Assembly: GCA_903813345.2 (NCBI GenBank)
Contig: CAIIXF020000001.1
Span: 15,748,001 to 15,812,000, forward strand
DNA: 64,000 nt
Origin: Owenia fusiformis
Lineage: Eukaryota
Direction of reading: 5' to 3'
The position numbers were made by a program, and so were the translations under genes. This document shows, piece after piece, positions 53,101-63,700 of this stretch (positions are counted from its first letter, which is position 1; every line of letters starts with the position of its first letter). The notes beneath the pieces were generated by a model that was given only the letters and a program-made list of their open reading frames with translations, made no database searches and had not been told where the DNA came from.

Positions 53101-55694
53101 ATGGATTTAATAATATATGTTTTTTGAAAAGTCCTTCCAAAATGTAATTAAAACATTATTATTATATGCCCAGAATGGCAATCTTTGAAAAATCAAAAAA
53201 ACATTTTCTGTCATATTATTTAAAGCTTAAGCTTTATATGACACTTTGTGACATTATGATTATAGCTATGATAATGTAATGTAAGATATTTCCATTTGAT
53301 ATGAGAAGTTAAAATATCTGTGTGACTTCAGATATAGACCTGATTGTATGATCCTTGTACCAAATATGTATAAGTACATTAGATTCACATTCACTACTCC
53401 ACCTTCAATTCTACCTGTGAGAAAGCTATGAGAAAAACTCCCTATACAATAGCAAATCCTAATAAACAAAATTTTATCACTCTATTTTGATCAATTTATT
53501 ATAAAAATACCCGAAATTGTAGTATTGTCACCCTTTTGCAAAATCTTCACCCATGATGTGACATCAGAAGTAATTTTCAAGTTTCACTGGTGATCCACTT
53601 GATTACGCTGTTACCAAAACGGTTCGTTTTGGTAACAAAATGTCGGAACATCGAAGGTACAACTTTTCTCTTTTCCTCATTTCACGCATTGTAGGCAGAA
53701 TTCCCAAGACATTTTTTAACACAAACGTGTATCAGTATCATATGATACACGTTTGTGAGAAAAAACGTCTTGGGGATTCTGCCTACAATGCGTGAAATAA
53801 GGAAAAAAAAAATTTGTACCTTCGACGTTCGGACATTTTGTTACCAAAACGAACCGTTTCGGTAACCAGCGTAATCGAGTGGATCACCAGTGAAGTTTGT
53901 AGGGATATAGAAAAGCTGTCTGTCCATTCATTCATCCCTTGTCTGTGTGTTCTGGCAATAACTCAAATACCAGTTGACAGATTTGGTTCAAACTTTATAG
54001 CCTTATGGGTGTAGGAGCTCTGTGCAAGAAGAAATATTTAATATGGCTGCTCTGCAGACCTCCCCCCTAACTGTTAAAGCGTTCAAAATTCTTGATTATT
54101 TCCCTCAATGTTCATGCAATGATAATTTCTAACTTTCATTCATTTTAGATCCATTCGACCTGAATCATAATCTGGGTGCAGGTGTATCACGCAAAAGTAA
54201 GTATATGAAATAATCATTGGAATCAGTATGTGCAATAATCATTGGAATCAGTATATGCAATTATCATTGGAATCAGAATATGCAATAATCTTCAAAATCA
54301 GTATATGCAATAATCATTGGAATCAATATATGCAATAATCATTGGAATCAGTATATGCAATAATCTTCAAAATCAGTATATGCAATAATCATTGGAATCA
54401 GTATATGCAATAATCATTGGAATCAGTATATGCAATAATCTTTGAAATCAGTACATGTATATACCATTGATGAACAATACCCTGAGCAAAGATCTTATTT
54501 ATTCAACTTCTCGTGGTAAACTGTTATTTACTTGATCAAAGCTCCATAGTGTAGATCAAACGAATCTGAAGTTGACTAATTGACCACAAATTATGAATTA
54601 AGCTAGTATTTATATGAAAACGTCAATCTTTCTGCCAAAGTAGTAGATCACAAACTTGTATATTCTCATTTGCTAAAATCCCAGTCCAAATCCATCACTT
54701 GTTATCGAGAAATTGCTTGTTTTCCTCGAAACGCTCTGTCGATTTTGGACACAATTTTAGAAACACTCTTACCATTTTGTATTGATAATTTTAGATTATT
54801 AGAGAAAAGTTCAGAATCGAATCTATCTCTCAAAAACGTGTTGTACTTGCTAGGCAAATTGAAACTTCCCAACCAGGTGTTGCTACACGTGCAACAATCA
54901 GGCTGAAGCCTACATTAGATGATTTTATGCCTACATGTGTGTACATAACGAAGTGTAATAAAAGGAATTGCAATCTAGTAACTAAATAATTGGTTCTTAT
55001 ATCTATTTCAGTGAATACATTTATCCAAAAGGCATTCATCAAAGGTCGACACATCTTTGGTATACCTGTGGACACCCTACCAAGAAACTACAGCAACCTT
55101 CTGGTAAACAAACTTTTTAGAATTCATCATTTTAAAATTGTTCTTGACAGCATGCACATTTAGATGCTCATGGTGTTCATGAAATGTCCCCTTCTCAAAG
55201 TTATTGTAATAGAGTTCTGGACATGTTTTATTTATAACTAACTAATTCAATACCTATCTACTTTAATACTTATTTATTAGTTATTAAGGATTTAAGCCCT
55301 GGTGCATTGTGGACTGAATCATTCCTCAAAAAGGTGTAGTTTCAAAGTTTCAATTTCAATCTGTAGAGTCAAGTTGTCACCTTGACAACCATTGAACAAA
55401 TTACATTGTGTGCTTTTTAATAATAAAATACAGTGCAGTTATATGAAATACTGTGTTCTGATTGGCTGAAATCAGGCACACCTTGCCAAGTTATGTATGA
55501 ATTGTTTTTTATTATTTGATTGCTACAATAGACTACAAAGAATAAATCAAAATGTATTTTTCTTTGCAGGATTATCTGTTTGATCCCAAGCTGCTAACTG
55601 ATGGTGCACCCCCAAATGACAGAGGCTGTAGAATATGCTCAAAGATTGGCCACTTTGCTAAAGACTGTCCTGTTGTGCAGAACAGAAAAGAAAG
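41124..55694 (+). CDS. TUT4/7: Terminal uridylyltransferase 4/7 (ZCCHC11/ZCCHC6-like), 3'-incomplete; 20 coding exons, ~1261 aa seen
   Basis: Exons 41124-41823 (upstream in-frame ATG at 41082), 42181-42263, 42490-42606, 42715-42892, 43227-43370, 43881-44077, 44900-45022, 45320-45376, 45746-45917, 46117-46910, 47123-47270, 47539-47723, 47958-48119, 50762-50851, 51456-51569, 52039-52116, 52364-52541, 54149-54196, 55012-55103, 55570-55694; phase-consistent GT-AG. C2H2 finger CRICDYHC..H..DNRH; inactive NTase YGS..SDVNVD; knuckles CSICGKEGHLKKMC and CRICSKIGHFAKDC; active FGSSCNGFGFRTSDLD, TAKVPIVKF, EGDISLYN; IEDPFDLNHNLG. Confidence 0.95.
44110..44675. mobile_element. PIF/Harbinger-type MITE with 3-bp CAG TSD, in a TUT4/7 intron
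   Basis: CAG|GGGGTCATTAACAGAACTTTCGTAAAGTTACGAATTCG ... CGAATTCGTAACTTTGCGAAAGTTCTGTTAATGACCCC|CAG; repeated aagttacgaa motifs. Confidence 0.88.
48952..50229. mobile_element. Foldback-type element with ~90-bp near-perfect TIRs and internal tandem array
   Basis: ctatctgttgcaagactaacgcctggcgtaaccgtcaccatgttattcagtgttttttaagtagcgcaaggatcctgccatgaccgtgg is mirrored at 50140-50229; no clear TSD. Confidence 0.9.
49430..50150. repeat. Minisatellite of mixed 30-bp and 39-bp units
   Basis: gcattgtcacggtcatgacaggccttgcaa with or without tataatata, ~20 units; produces ORF 49464..50150. Confidence 0.95.
50869..51269 (+). repeat. Dispersed intronic repeat, copy 1 (copy 2 at 55284-55503)
   Basis: Both loci begin taaggatttaagccctgg..ctgaatcat..aaggtgt.gtttc and end gaaatactgtgtt..gattggctg.aatc.g..acaccttgcc.agttatgt.tgaatt. 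Confidence 0.75.
53585..53892. mobile_element. 308-bp palindromic element with CAC...GTG ends, flanked by AAGTTT direct repeats
   Basis: AAGTTT|CACTGGTGATCCACT ... AGTGGATCACCAGTG|AAGTTT; arms pair to a short loop near 53738; related fragment at 17340-17480. Confidence 0.88.
54208..54452. repeat. 25-bp tandem minisatellite, ~10 copies, immediately after a TUT4/7 donor site
   Basis: aataatcattggaatcagtatatgc units with a variant aataatcttcaaaatcagtatatgc. Confidence 0.95.
55284..55503 (+). repeat. Dispersed intronic repeat, copy 2
   Basis: Matches both ends of 50869-51269. Confidence 0.75.
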
Positions 55695-56334
55695 GTGAGA
55701 GAAACTTGTCTAGATTGTTCATTGGGCCTTGGTGGGAGTGTTCAAATGTAAATTGAACCTACATATATTGAAAAATAAATTGAAACCTTGAATTAATAGG
55801 AGGTTTGCTTATAGCTTAGAGATCTCGTTGAAATCTTGTTTTTAATGAGATTTTAAGAGATCTGCATTTAAAAATACAGTATTAAAACCAACATTTTTTT
55901 GTTTAAGTGGCCTTTTAATTCTGCCTGTAATTTTCTATTCAAACAGCTTTGATTGGCATGGTTATTTACGTTTGTTCGAATTTCCATGATTTTCACATTT
56001 TTTGAAAAAGGTGGGGCTAATTACCCATTGACACAATGTTAAAAAAATCTTTAAAAGTTTATTTACTCTTAAGGTTCACAATTTTAATATTAAATTCACA
56101 ATCCACATGTCAACAAGATCATAGAGTTACTTTTCAAACGTTTTACATAAATTCAAGTGGAAATCAAGAAATTAAGTGACTTTTACCAATTGTCTATATA
56201 TTATGAATAGTATTCCGACCCTACCAACACATATGCTATTTAGCAAATGGTCAACTGTATGTCCACAGGGTTGATCGGCTCAAGACATGCCTCATTGTCT
56301 TTAATTTACATCCTTTCAAGTTGTGGCCTGATCC

Positions 56335-59300
56335 TTAGTCTATTACTTTGATGCCAGCTAGCCTCATTTGGAAATAATCATTACAGAGGATTGGCTTATA
56401 CTTTCCACCATTAGGGTCCATTGATTGAATCATACCATCACTGTCTGGGCAATTAAAGAAAACCATAGATTGACGACCTTTCACTGCATGAGTGGTGTCA
56501 TTGGGGACAGTCACTCTGTGTATCTGGAATATGTTATAGACAGTAAGGTCTTACATACTTAGATTGTTAGAGGCACTGGGAACCACTGTATTTTAATCTG
56601 TGGGTTGATTTATAGGATAACATTATTTACAAAAATGATGTAGGAAAACCTTTGCTTCTTCAATGGTTTGCAAAAATGCTTGTTGATCACATTCATTGAA
56701 AGTTTACTCACTGTTGACTTCAGTTTGTCATCTGTCCAGCGCTGCATCATGTCACCAAGATTTACTACAATCGTGCCCGGTATCGGTGTGGCAGGCACAA
56801 AATCCCCATCTCTGTTCATGACCTCAAGGCCCCCAATGTTATCTTGGAATACTAATGTCAGTGAGCCATAGTCTGAGTGCTGTCCACATCTTGTCTGGTC
56901 AGGTTGGATGGTATAGCCTTTGGGTAATGGGAAGTAGTTCAGTGTACGCAGAGTGTTCTGACTGACTTTGTCATTATTGTGGTGTTTGGTGAATGTATCC
57001 CTGGGCTGTAAATTTAATGAAAAACTAGCATACTCATATGTGACTGTATTCTGCTTATAATTCTTATCGAAGTGCAGTTTTCTCACTGGTTGTTTTATGG
57101 CTCATTTCAACAGGTGAACATTTTTCACAAACCTAATTTTCTTACTTAGAAATTTTTTTCCAGATTTTTGAATGCAAGTGGATTTGGATTTTTACAGGTT
57201 TCCTATAAGGCATGAGAAGTTCTATCCTCTGTGTTATAATTGGACATAATTATAAACTTTAAATCTCTTGATTTTGTCAATATTTATTACATGTACTTAT
57301 TATTTTGTAGATCTAATAGATTTTTCTCTTACCCATTTCATTCCTATGGCTATCACTTCAAGAATGCGTTTATTCAACTCACAACACTTTTCCATAATAT
57401 TGAGGTTTTCTGTCTTAAAGCTTGGGGAGTCATCCTCAGGCCACTCCTAGAAAATACAAGTTAAAAATGACAAGGCAAAAATTCAAGCCATCTTTTAAGC
57501 AGGGGATACAGAAATATTAGAATATTTCATGAATGTAAGAGTTAAAGTGATGACTTTATATGACAATATGACCTTATATGGCACTTATATATATAGCAAC
57601 ATGACCTTACATGGCAATATGACTTTTATGGTAATATGACTGTATATGGCAATATGACCTTATATGGCAATATGACCTTATATGGCAATATTTAATTCAC
57701 TTACCCCATTCCAATGCATGTAAGCGTTGAAACATTCCTTCAAGTCTTCAGCTTTACTTGTCGCATCAGTGCTGCAACCATAATCATATATGTCAATCAT
57801 GCATCTAGAATATTAGGCATCCCCTTAAGCTTATTATTTCATTCATGAATTTTGATTTGGTCATTTTAATCAGATTTTAAATACAAACGTTTAGATGTAC
57901 TTACTGTTCATGAAGTATATAACCATGGTACATATCCTTGCTGCCTTCGCCTGTGCCAACTAGATATTTCTTCTTTGTTTCTGCAGGTAAATTAAAGAAT
58001 GTCTTTGAAGTCTTCATGTAATTGTCAATCTGAAATGTATGTTTATTGTAAAATTCAGTATTCTAGGTTATAGGTCATGTACAGTAGGCTCATCATCAAA
58101 AGTCAAGGTCATTTTTAAGGTCAAGATCAGGGTCATTGCATATGCTATCGATGCATTATGATTGTTTTTGCAATGCCTGTGTTAGCCTATTGGTTTCATG
58201 AAAGGTTTAAGGTCTCAATACAGTTAAAACCACATTAGGCATTTATTTTAAGCTCACACAGTGTTCTCAAAATCTGATATGTGTAACTTTTTCTCAATGT
58301 CAAGTTACTTTTTTCTCAATCTCAAATTATGTTTGAAGGAGATTTTGTTTGAAAAATTGTGAAATTATTAAAAAATGACCTATACTTTTTGGATGGTAAA
58401 ACAATGATTTTTAAATGTATGAGGCCTAGGGTTACTTATTTAATTTAATAAAAATTTGGGTCTAACGTCTTGTCTAAAGATCAAAGTCAAAAATATATAC
58501 CTTTATCCCATAGTGGAGGTCAAATCTGTAGGATAACACGTATATATATATTTATGATATTTTGCAAATGCGAGGAAAAAAGCGATATCTGTGGAATATG
58601 GAGAATATTCCATAGATATCACTTTTTTCCACGGATTTGAAAACTCCCGTCAATGTGACGTGCATTGTTATATGGTATTACATTATATGCTTACATGGTG
58701 ATTTCATGACATCACAAATATGGAAATGATTAATCAAATGACAAAATAAAACTGATATTGTCTTGAAATGCTTTGTACTTGGTGAACTATGCCATAGGAT
58801 GATTTGATGTCAACTATGGGATAAATAGAACATCCTATGATTTTTTAGCAATATCATTTTAATCCACTCGTTGATATCAATATCTGCACTCATTCGCTAC
58901 ACTCACACGTCCAGATATTGATATCAACTCGTGGATAAAAATGATATCTCTAATAATCATAGGATATCCCATACGTAATTCATAGATGGACTCCTGTTGC
59001 TACCTTTTGAGGTCAGAGTATATCATTCTATTATCTGCTTGTTACTTATATGACATGGAGTAGTTAAATATGTATATCAACATATAACATGTAGATAAAT
59101 ATTTATGTAATGTGACTTTATAACACGAAGAGAAATATTTATGTAATGTGTTGAATATTTACATAATGTGAACAAAGATTACTGCAATGTCTTTGACCAC
59201 TTGTAGTGCAGGAGTTTTCTGACTAACTTTTATCAAAGACCCAATATAAGAGACTGCAAATGAATGATTTTTCCCAGAAATGCCGCAAAATCTTAAAGGA

Positions 59301-61725
59301 ACATTCCTGGCCAAACCTTTTCTATCCTGATGTGATAGCTATAATCATATATATACTTTCCATATTTAGCAAAACATGGGGAAATGTTTTAATATAGTCA
59401 ATATTGATAATTTAAAAATGTAGTGCTCATTTCCAGTAAGCTGCCATCTTTTAAGATTTTACTCAGGAAGTGATTCCATCGACTCTCAACTTTCATGACC
59501 TTGCATATAACAGTATAGGAAAATAGCACAATATCACTTCTAGATGGGTGATCCTTACTTTATGCGCAAAAATATGTTCAGAGCTTGTCAGCTTAGAATA
59601 AAAGAAGAGACTTTTAGAAGGATTAAATCATAGACAAAATTGAAAAAGAATATTCAGCTGGTTTTGTAATTCTTAATAGCTCCTCCTATAGTGTTATATG
59701 CAATTTTTGAGAGTCAATGACATCACTTCCTGAGTGAAATATTAAAAGATGGCAGCCTACTGGAATTCGGCACTACATATTCAAGTGATCAATATTGACC
59801 ATATCAAAACATTTTTCCCTGTTTTGCTAAATATGGAAAGTATATATATGGTTATAGCTACCATATTAGGAGAGAAATGGTCTGGCCAGGAATATTCCTT
59901 TAAGTAATCTACGATTTTAGTCCCTTTTATATATGCAAATTGAAGGTTTAATGAACAGGTTTCAAATATTATATTGTAACATCTTGTAGATGTTAAAATA
60001 ACTTGATGAGAGATCATATTTTATTTGTTGGAATTTTCTTCTCTGGCAAGGTAAAATTTCCTTGTTTAAATTATATGTGCTTTTAAAAGAACATATATGC
60101 ATTTCTATCACACTGGCTACATTGCTATTGAATAGAACAAATACCTTTTTTTTTTATTTTGTTTGACCACCCTGATTTGATTCAAAGGTATGTTCTTACA
60201 GTATATTTGTTTCTAGTCAATTTTTCAATTTCATTACAGCATAAATGGAACTCTTCATGTCAGTTCATATATATCGGATAGAAGAGACAGATTAGACTGA
60301 AAGTTTACACTTATAAATTGAAATATAGGGTGTCCGGAAAGTAAAGATACAAATGCTCTAACTTCAATAGATTTACCTGTTGTGAGATGAAATTTCTACA
60401 TTTGGCATTTCAACAATTTATCCTGTAACTGTCATGACATATAGTTTCAAAATGAAAAAGTTATGGTCATTATGGTAACGGGAGTTGGGGGTATGTGGAG
60501 CAGCATCACAATTATTTTTTTTATTGTCTTTTATAAATCTTTTTCCTACTCAAATCATCTTGGCACTCAACCCATTTGTTCCTATAAAGCTTCAAATTAT
60601 GTCCCACAACAGCATAAGGATTAGTACTCTCATGTTATTTTATCATTTAACATGACTACTATTATCCAGTAATATGTTTCCTCCGCATTATTTTTATGTT
60701 TATGGTGCATCTTGACCAGAGATTCAAAGATCTGACAAAACCGCTGCTGTCCATCTCTCAAATTGCTGATAACATTGGCTTCCAGTTGAGTCTCATTTGA
60801 ATACTGAACTTCTCACAAATATCACTTTGAGATGCTCATTAAGGCTGAAGTCTAAAGGGGCATTCTTGGGTGGGGCATTGAACAAAAAGGTTTAATGTCA
60901 AGACACTCCATTTTGAGATTTGTTGGCTTTGTGAATTGGTGTATTGTGGAGGTGGAATATTGACTTTCCTTATTAACCCAGGGAACTTTTATTCTAAACT
61001 CTTCTTTGATTATACTGATGACATAACATAGTCCTGACATGTATCAATGACACCATTATATATATGAAAGAACATTATAGCAACAATAATACAATATTGA
61101 AGAATACAAAAAATTGATAGAAAACACAATGATCAACACTCTTTCAAATGGTTATATTTTAGCAATTAATCAGATTTTAGCAATGTTCTGGAACTGCTCC
61201 ACATACCTCTCACCTCTGTAACCATGACAACCATAACTTTAACCGGTTTAGACTATATGCGTTGAGAGTTGATAGACACATTGTAATAAGGTTCCTCTAC
61301 AATCTGTAGCAATTTCATTGCGAAAATCCGAAATCTCTTAAAATTAGAGTATTTGTATCCTTACTTTCCGGACACCCTGTACTTTCCATTTATTTTATGG
61401 GTGTCTATAGATACACATTCTGTCAAAATTGTGAGAGAATGTTCTTTTATGTACGTCTAAATATTTTAAGTGTCTCTCAATTTTAATATACAATGTAACA
61501 TGTATATTCCATACATCCAGTACATGGGTACATAAAAAAACAGCAAAATTAACAAACTCCCTTACTTACCAGAGAAAGGTCAAATCCATGATTTTCCAAG
61601 TAAAGAAATCCAACTTCACTGAATGCTCTGTAGACATCTGTAGCCAAGTTGGCCAGGGCTTCATCAGAGGGTGAGCTGGTGACATCCCTTAAGTTATACG
61701 TACTAAAATCTACTACTGGAATCAT
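56335..61725 (-). CDS. 2-oxoglutarate/Fe(II)-dependent dioxygenase, isopenicillin-N-synthase-like (DIOX_N + 2OG-FeII_Oxy), 314 aa, 6 exons
   Basis: Exons 61725-61570, 58029-57905, 57771-57705, 57446-57333, 57005-56712, 56523-56335 (945 nt, phase-consistent GT-AG). MIPVVDFS..FSEVGFLYLENHG, FFNLP.E.KKKY, DLKECFN, LRTLNY, HSDYGSLTLVFQDNIGGLEV, VNLGDMMQRWT..KLKSTIHRV, RQS: intact HxD...H and RxS motifs. Confidence 0.93.
57555..57690. repeat. 18-bp tandem repeat in a dioxygenase intron
   Basis: tatatggcaatatgacct units, ~7 imperfect copies. Confidence 0.85.
58502..58966. mobile_element. Multi-hairpin repeat element of unassigned class
   Basis: Inverted pair tttatcccatagt.ga.gtcaaatc (58502) / gatttgatgtcaactatgggataaa (58801), internal hairpin 58575-58630, adjacent ~135-bp palindrome 58832-58966. 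Confidence 0.65.
59297..59899. mobile_element. MITE with ~180-bp TIRs and TTAA TSD (Kolobok-like signature)
   Basis: TTAA|AGGAACATTCCTGGCCA ... TGGCCAGGAATATTCCT|TTAA; arms pair to ctcaggaagtgat / atcacttcctgag. Confidence 0.88.
60326..61379 (-). mobile_element. ~1.05 kb Tc1/mariner-type non-autonomous element, copy 2 (inverted relative to 15657-16703)
   Basis: TA|TAGGGTGTCCGGAAAGTAAAGATAC ... GTATCCTTACTTTCCGGACACCCTG|TA; internal reverse-complement matches to copy 1. Confidence 0.88.
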
Positions 61726-61935
61726 TCTTGTTGTATCTTATGTGTAATAAGGTGAAATAATGATCTGAATATGTAATCCCTTTGTAATGCTCTAACCTTC
61801 TTGATCCTTTTTATCTTTGAGAGATAGCAAGCTGAATCAAGTTGAACAAAGTTCAAAGGAGTGGTATTGATATGGAGAACTGAATTCAACAATGTTTTTC
61901 TTTTAAACCAATTATTGATAACATTCTGTAAAAAG

Positions 61936-62528
61936 CACGGTATCTTATGTAAGGTTGACTGATTGACAACAATTTAATGTGAAAATTACTTACAAATATT
62001 TTATATAACTGTTTTTGTTAACATTTTTGGTTTTTGCTCCTTTCTACCAATTCTTGAGAATGAAATTAAATGTCTTTCTGAACCTTGTTGGAACAAAATA
62101 ACATATACAACATGTTTTTAGACCTCTCAATATTATAGTTATACATGTACAAAGGAATTTTTGGTTGGAAAAAAAGTATTCAAAAAATTAAAACAAAATC
62201 CCCAAAAATAGAAAAAATCAAGATAAACCTTTTATTTCATTAACAAGATACTTTTTAAAATCAACCAAAATTTTCTTTGTAGTAATTACAATATTGAGAG
62301 ACCTAAACATGTTGTGTTTATGTCGTTTTGTTCCAATGAGGTTCGGAAAGATGTTTCATTTCACTCTGGAAACATGATGCCAAGAACAAAACAAGTGTTT
62401 GATGTGTTTTCTAAAACAATATAGATGAAAGTTAATATATATTTTTCAAATTATATTGTTACCATTCAAAACATGACCATTAAATTGACGATGTGTTAAA
62501 TTTTAAACTTGACATCAAATACGCCGTG
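61936..62528. mobile_element. Degenerate palindromic element, possibly CACGG...CCGTG-terminated
   Basis: Clear inverted core gaaccttgttggaacaaaat..caacatgttt..ctctcaatatt / aatattgagag..aaacatgttg..ttttgttccaatgaggttc (62078-62345); outer cacgg/ccgtg ends tentative, no TSD. Confidence 0.55.
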
Positions 62529-62654
62529 GCAACTAATTTAAACAAGAAGGAGTGGCAGAATTTTTTAACATTATGTGTGCCCCATCATTATATAACAATT
62601 ATATATTGGTATCATATCTTTTGCTAGTGAGACATATTTGACTTGCGAACATTT

Positions 62655-63700
62655 TCAGTTTGACCACTCACCAAAGACCACAAGGTCAAACTGACAGATC
62701 ACACTAGGTCAAATTGACAGATAATCTAAGGCCAGTATAGGTCAATCTGACCAATCGTCTTAGACCGCTAGGTCAAACTGAGAGACCTCTTGGTCAAACC
62801 AACCTATCTTCTAAAACAAAAATATCAAATCAATCATATATCTAAGTCCACTAGCTCAAATTGATAAGTTCAAACTAACCAATCCTTTAAGACCACAAGG
62901 TAAATCTGATCATACACCTTACCCTGCGTGCAGAGTCTAGTTAAACTACACTCTGCCTAGTAGAGACCATATTACAGTTTAGTAGCCCCGCCCCCACGAC
63001 GGGTACCGCCTTGTACCGGTGACAGTTAAGGTAAATCACTTTTGACCTACGCGCTGACCTTACACCAATCAGCGAGCTTGAAAACATACGCCAAATGCGT
63101 TCTAATTAAATATGCGCATGTCATTGGTCAATTCCGGGCTCACTGATGACGTCAGAAGGAATGACCATACAAAGAACGTCGGTCAAATTTGGCCGACGAA
63201 CACTGATTGGCGCGGTGAGTTCACAGGTTTATTTTAGTTTGAAAGAGTGAAGACGAAGCTCTCTTTTAAGAAGTGAAGTCAAACGAATGCAAAGGGTACA
63301 TACACCTATGATCTTTAAGCTAAACTGACCAAATTTTTCACTACTTTAGGTTAAACTGACATATTGCCTCAACCATTAGGTCAAACTGACCATCTAGGAT
63401 CACAAGGTCAAACTGATTTTCAAGAGTCGCTAGGTAAGACTACTGGGTCAAACTGACTAACTAGGATCAGGGAAACAAGGTCAAATCAAACCATCTAGGA
63501 TCACTAGGTCAGACCAACCATCTAGGATCACTAGGTCAAACTGACCCCCTAGGATCACTAGGTCAAACTGACCCCCTAGGATCACTAGGTCAAACTGACC
63601 ATCTAGGATCACTAGGTCAAACTGATCATCTAGGATCACTAGGTTAAACTGACTGGTTAAGATCACAAGGTCAAACTGGTTATATAGGTCAAACTGACAT
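62655..63700. repeat. 27-bp tandem repeat array interrupted by a transposon
   Basis: tctaggatcactaggtcaaactgacca units, homogeneous at 63480-63700, degenerate at 62655-62910; gives the FDLVILDGQ repeat of ORF 63481..63720. Confidence 0.9.
62920..63298. mobile_element. Non-autonomous element with TACCCT/AGGGTA ends and 9-bp TSD (Academ-like signature)
   Basis: CATACACCT|TACCCTGCGTGCAGAG ... GCAAAGGGTA|CATACACCT; GC-richer than flanks. Confidence 0.8.

Noticed and set aside
54208..54452. 25-bp repeats as CRISPR or coding repeat
   Set aside because: Head-to-tail units without spacers, length not a multiple of three, inside an intron.
56335..61725. Recent horizontal transfer or contamination origin of the IPNS-like gene
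   Set aside because: Five canonical introns filled with host transposons and host-like composition; any transfer would be ancient and cannot be judged without phylogeny.
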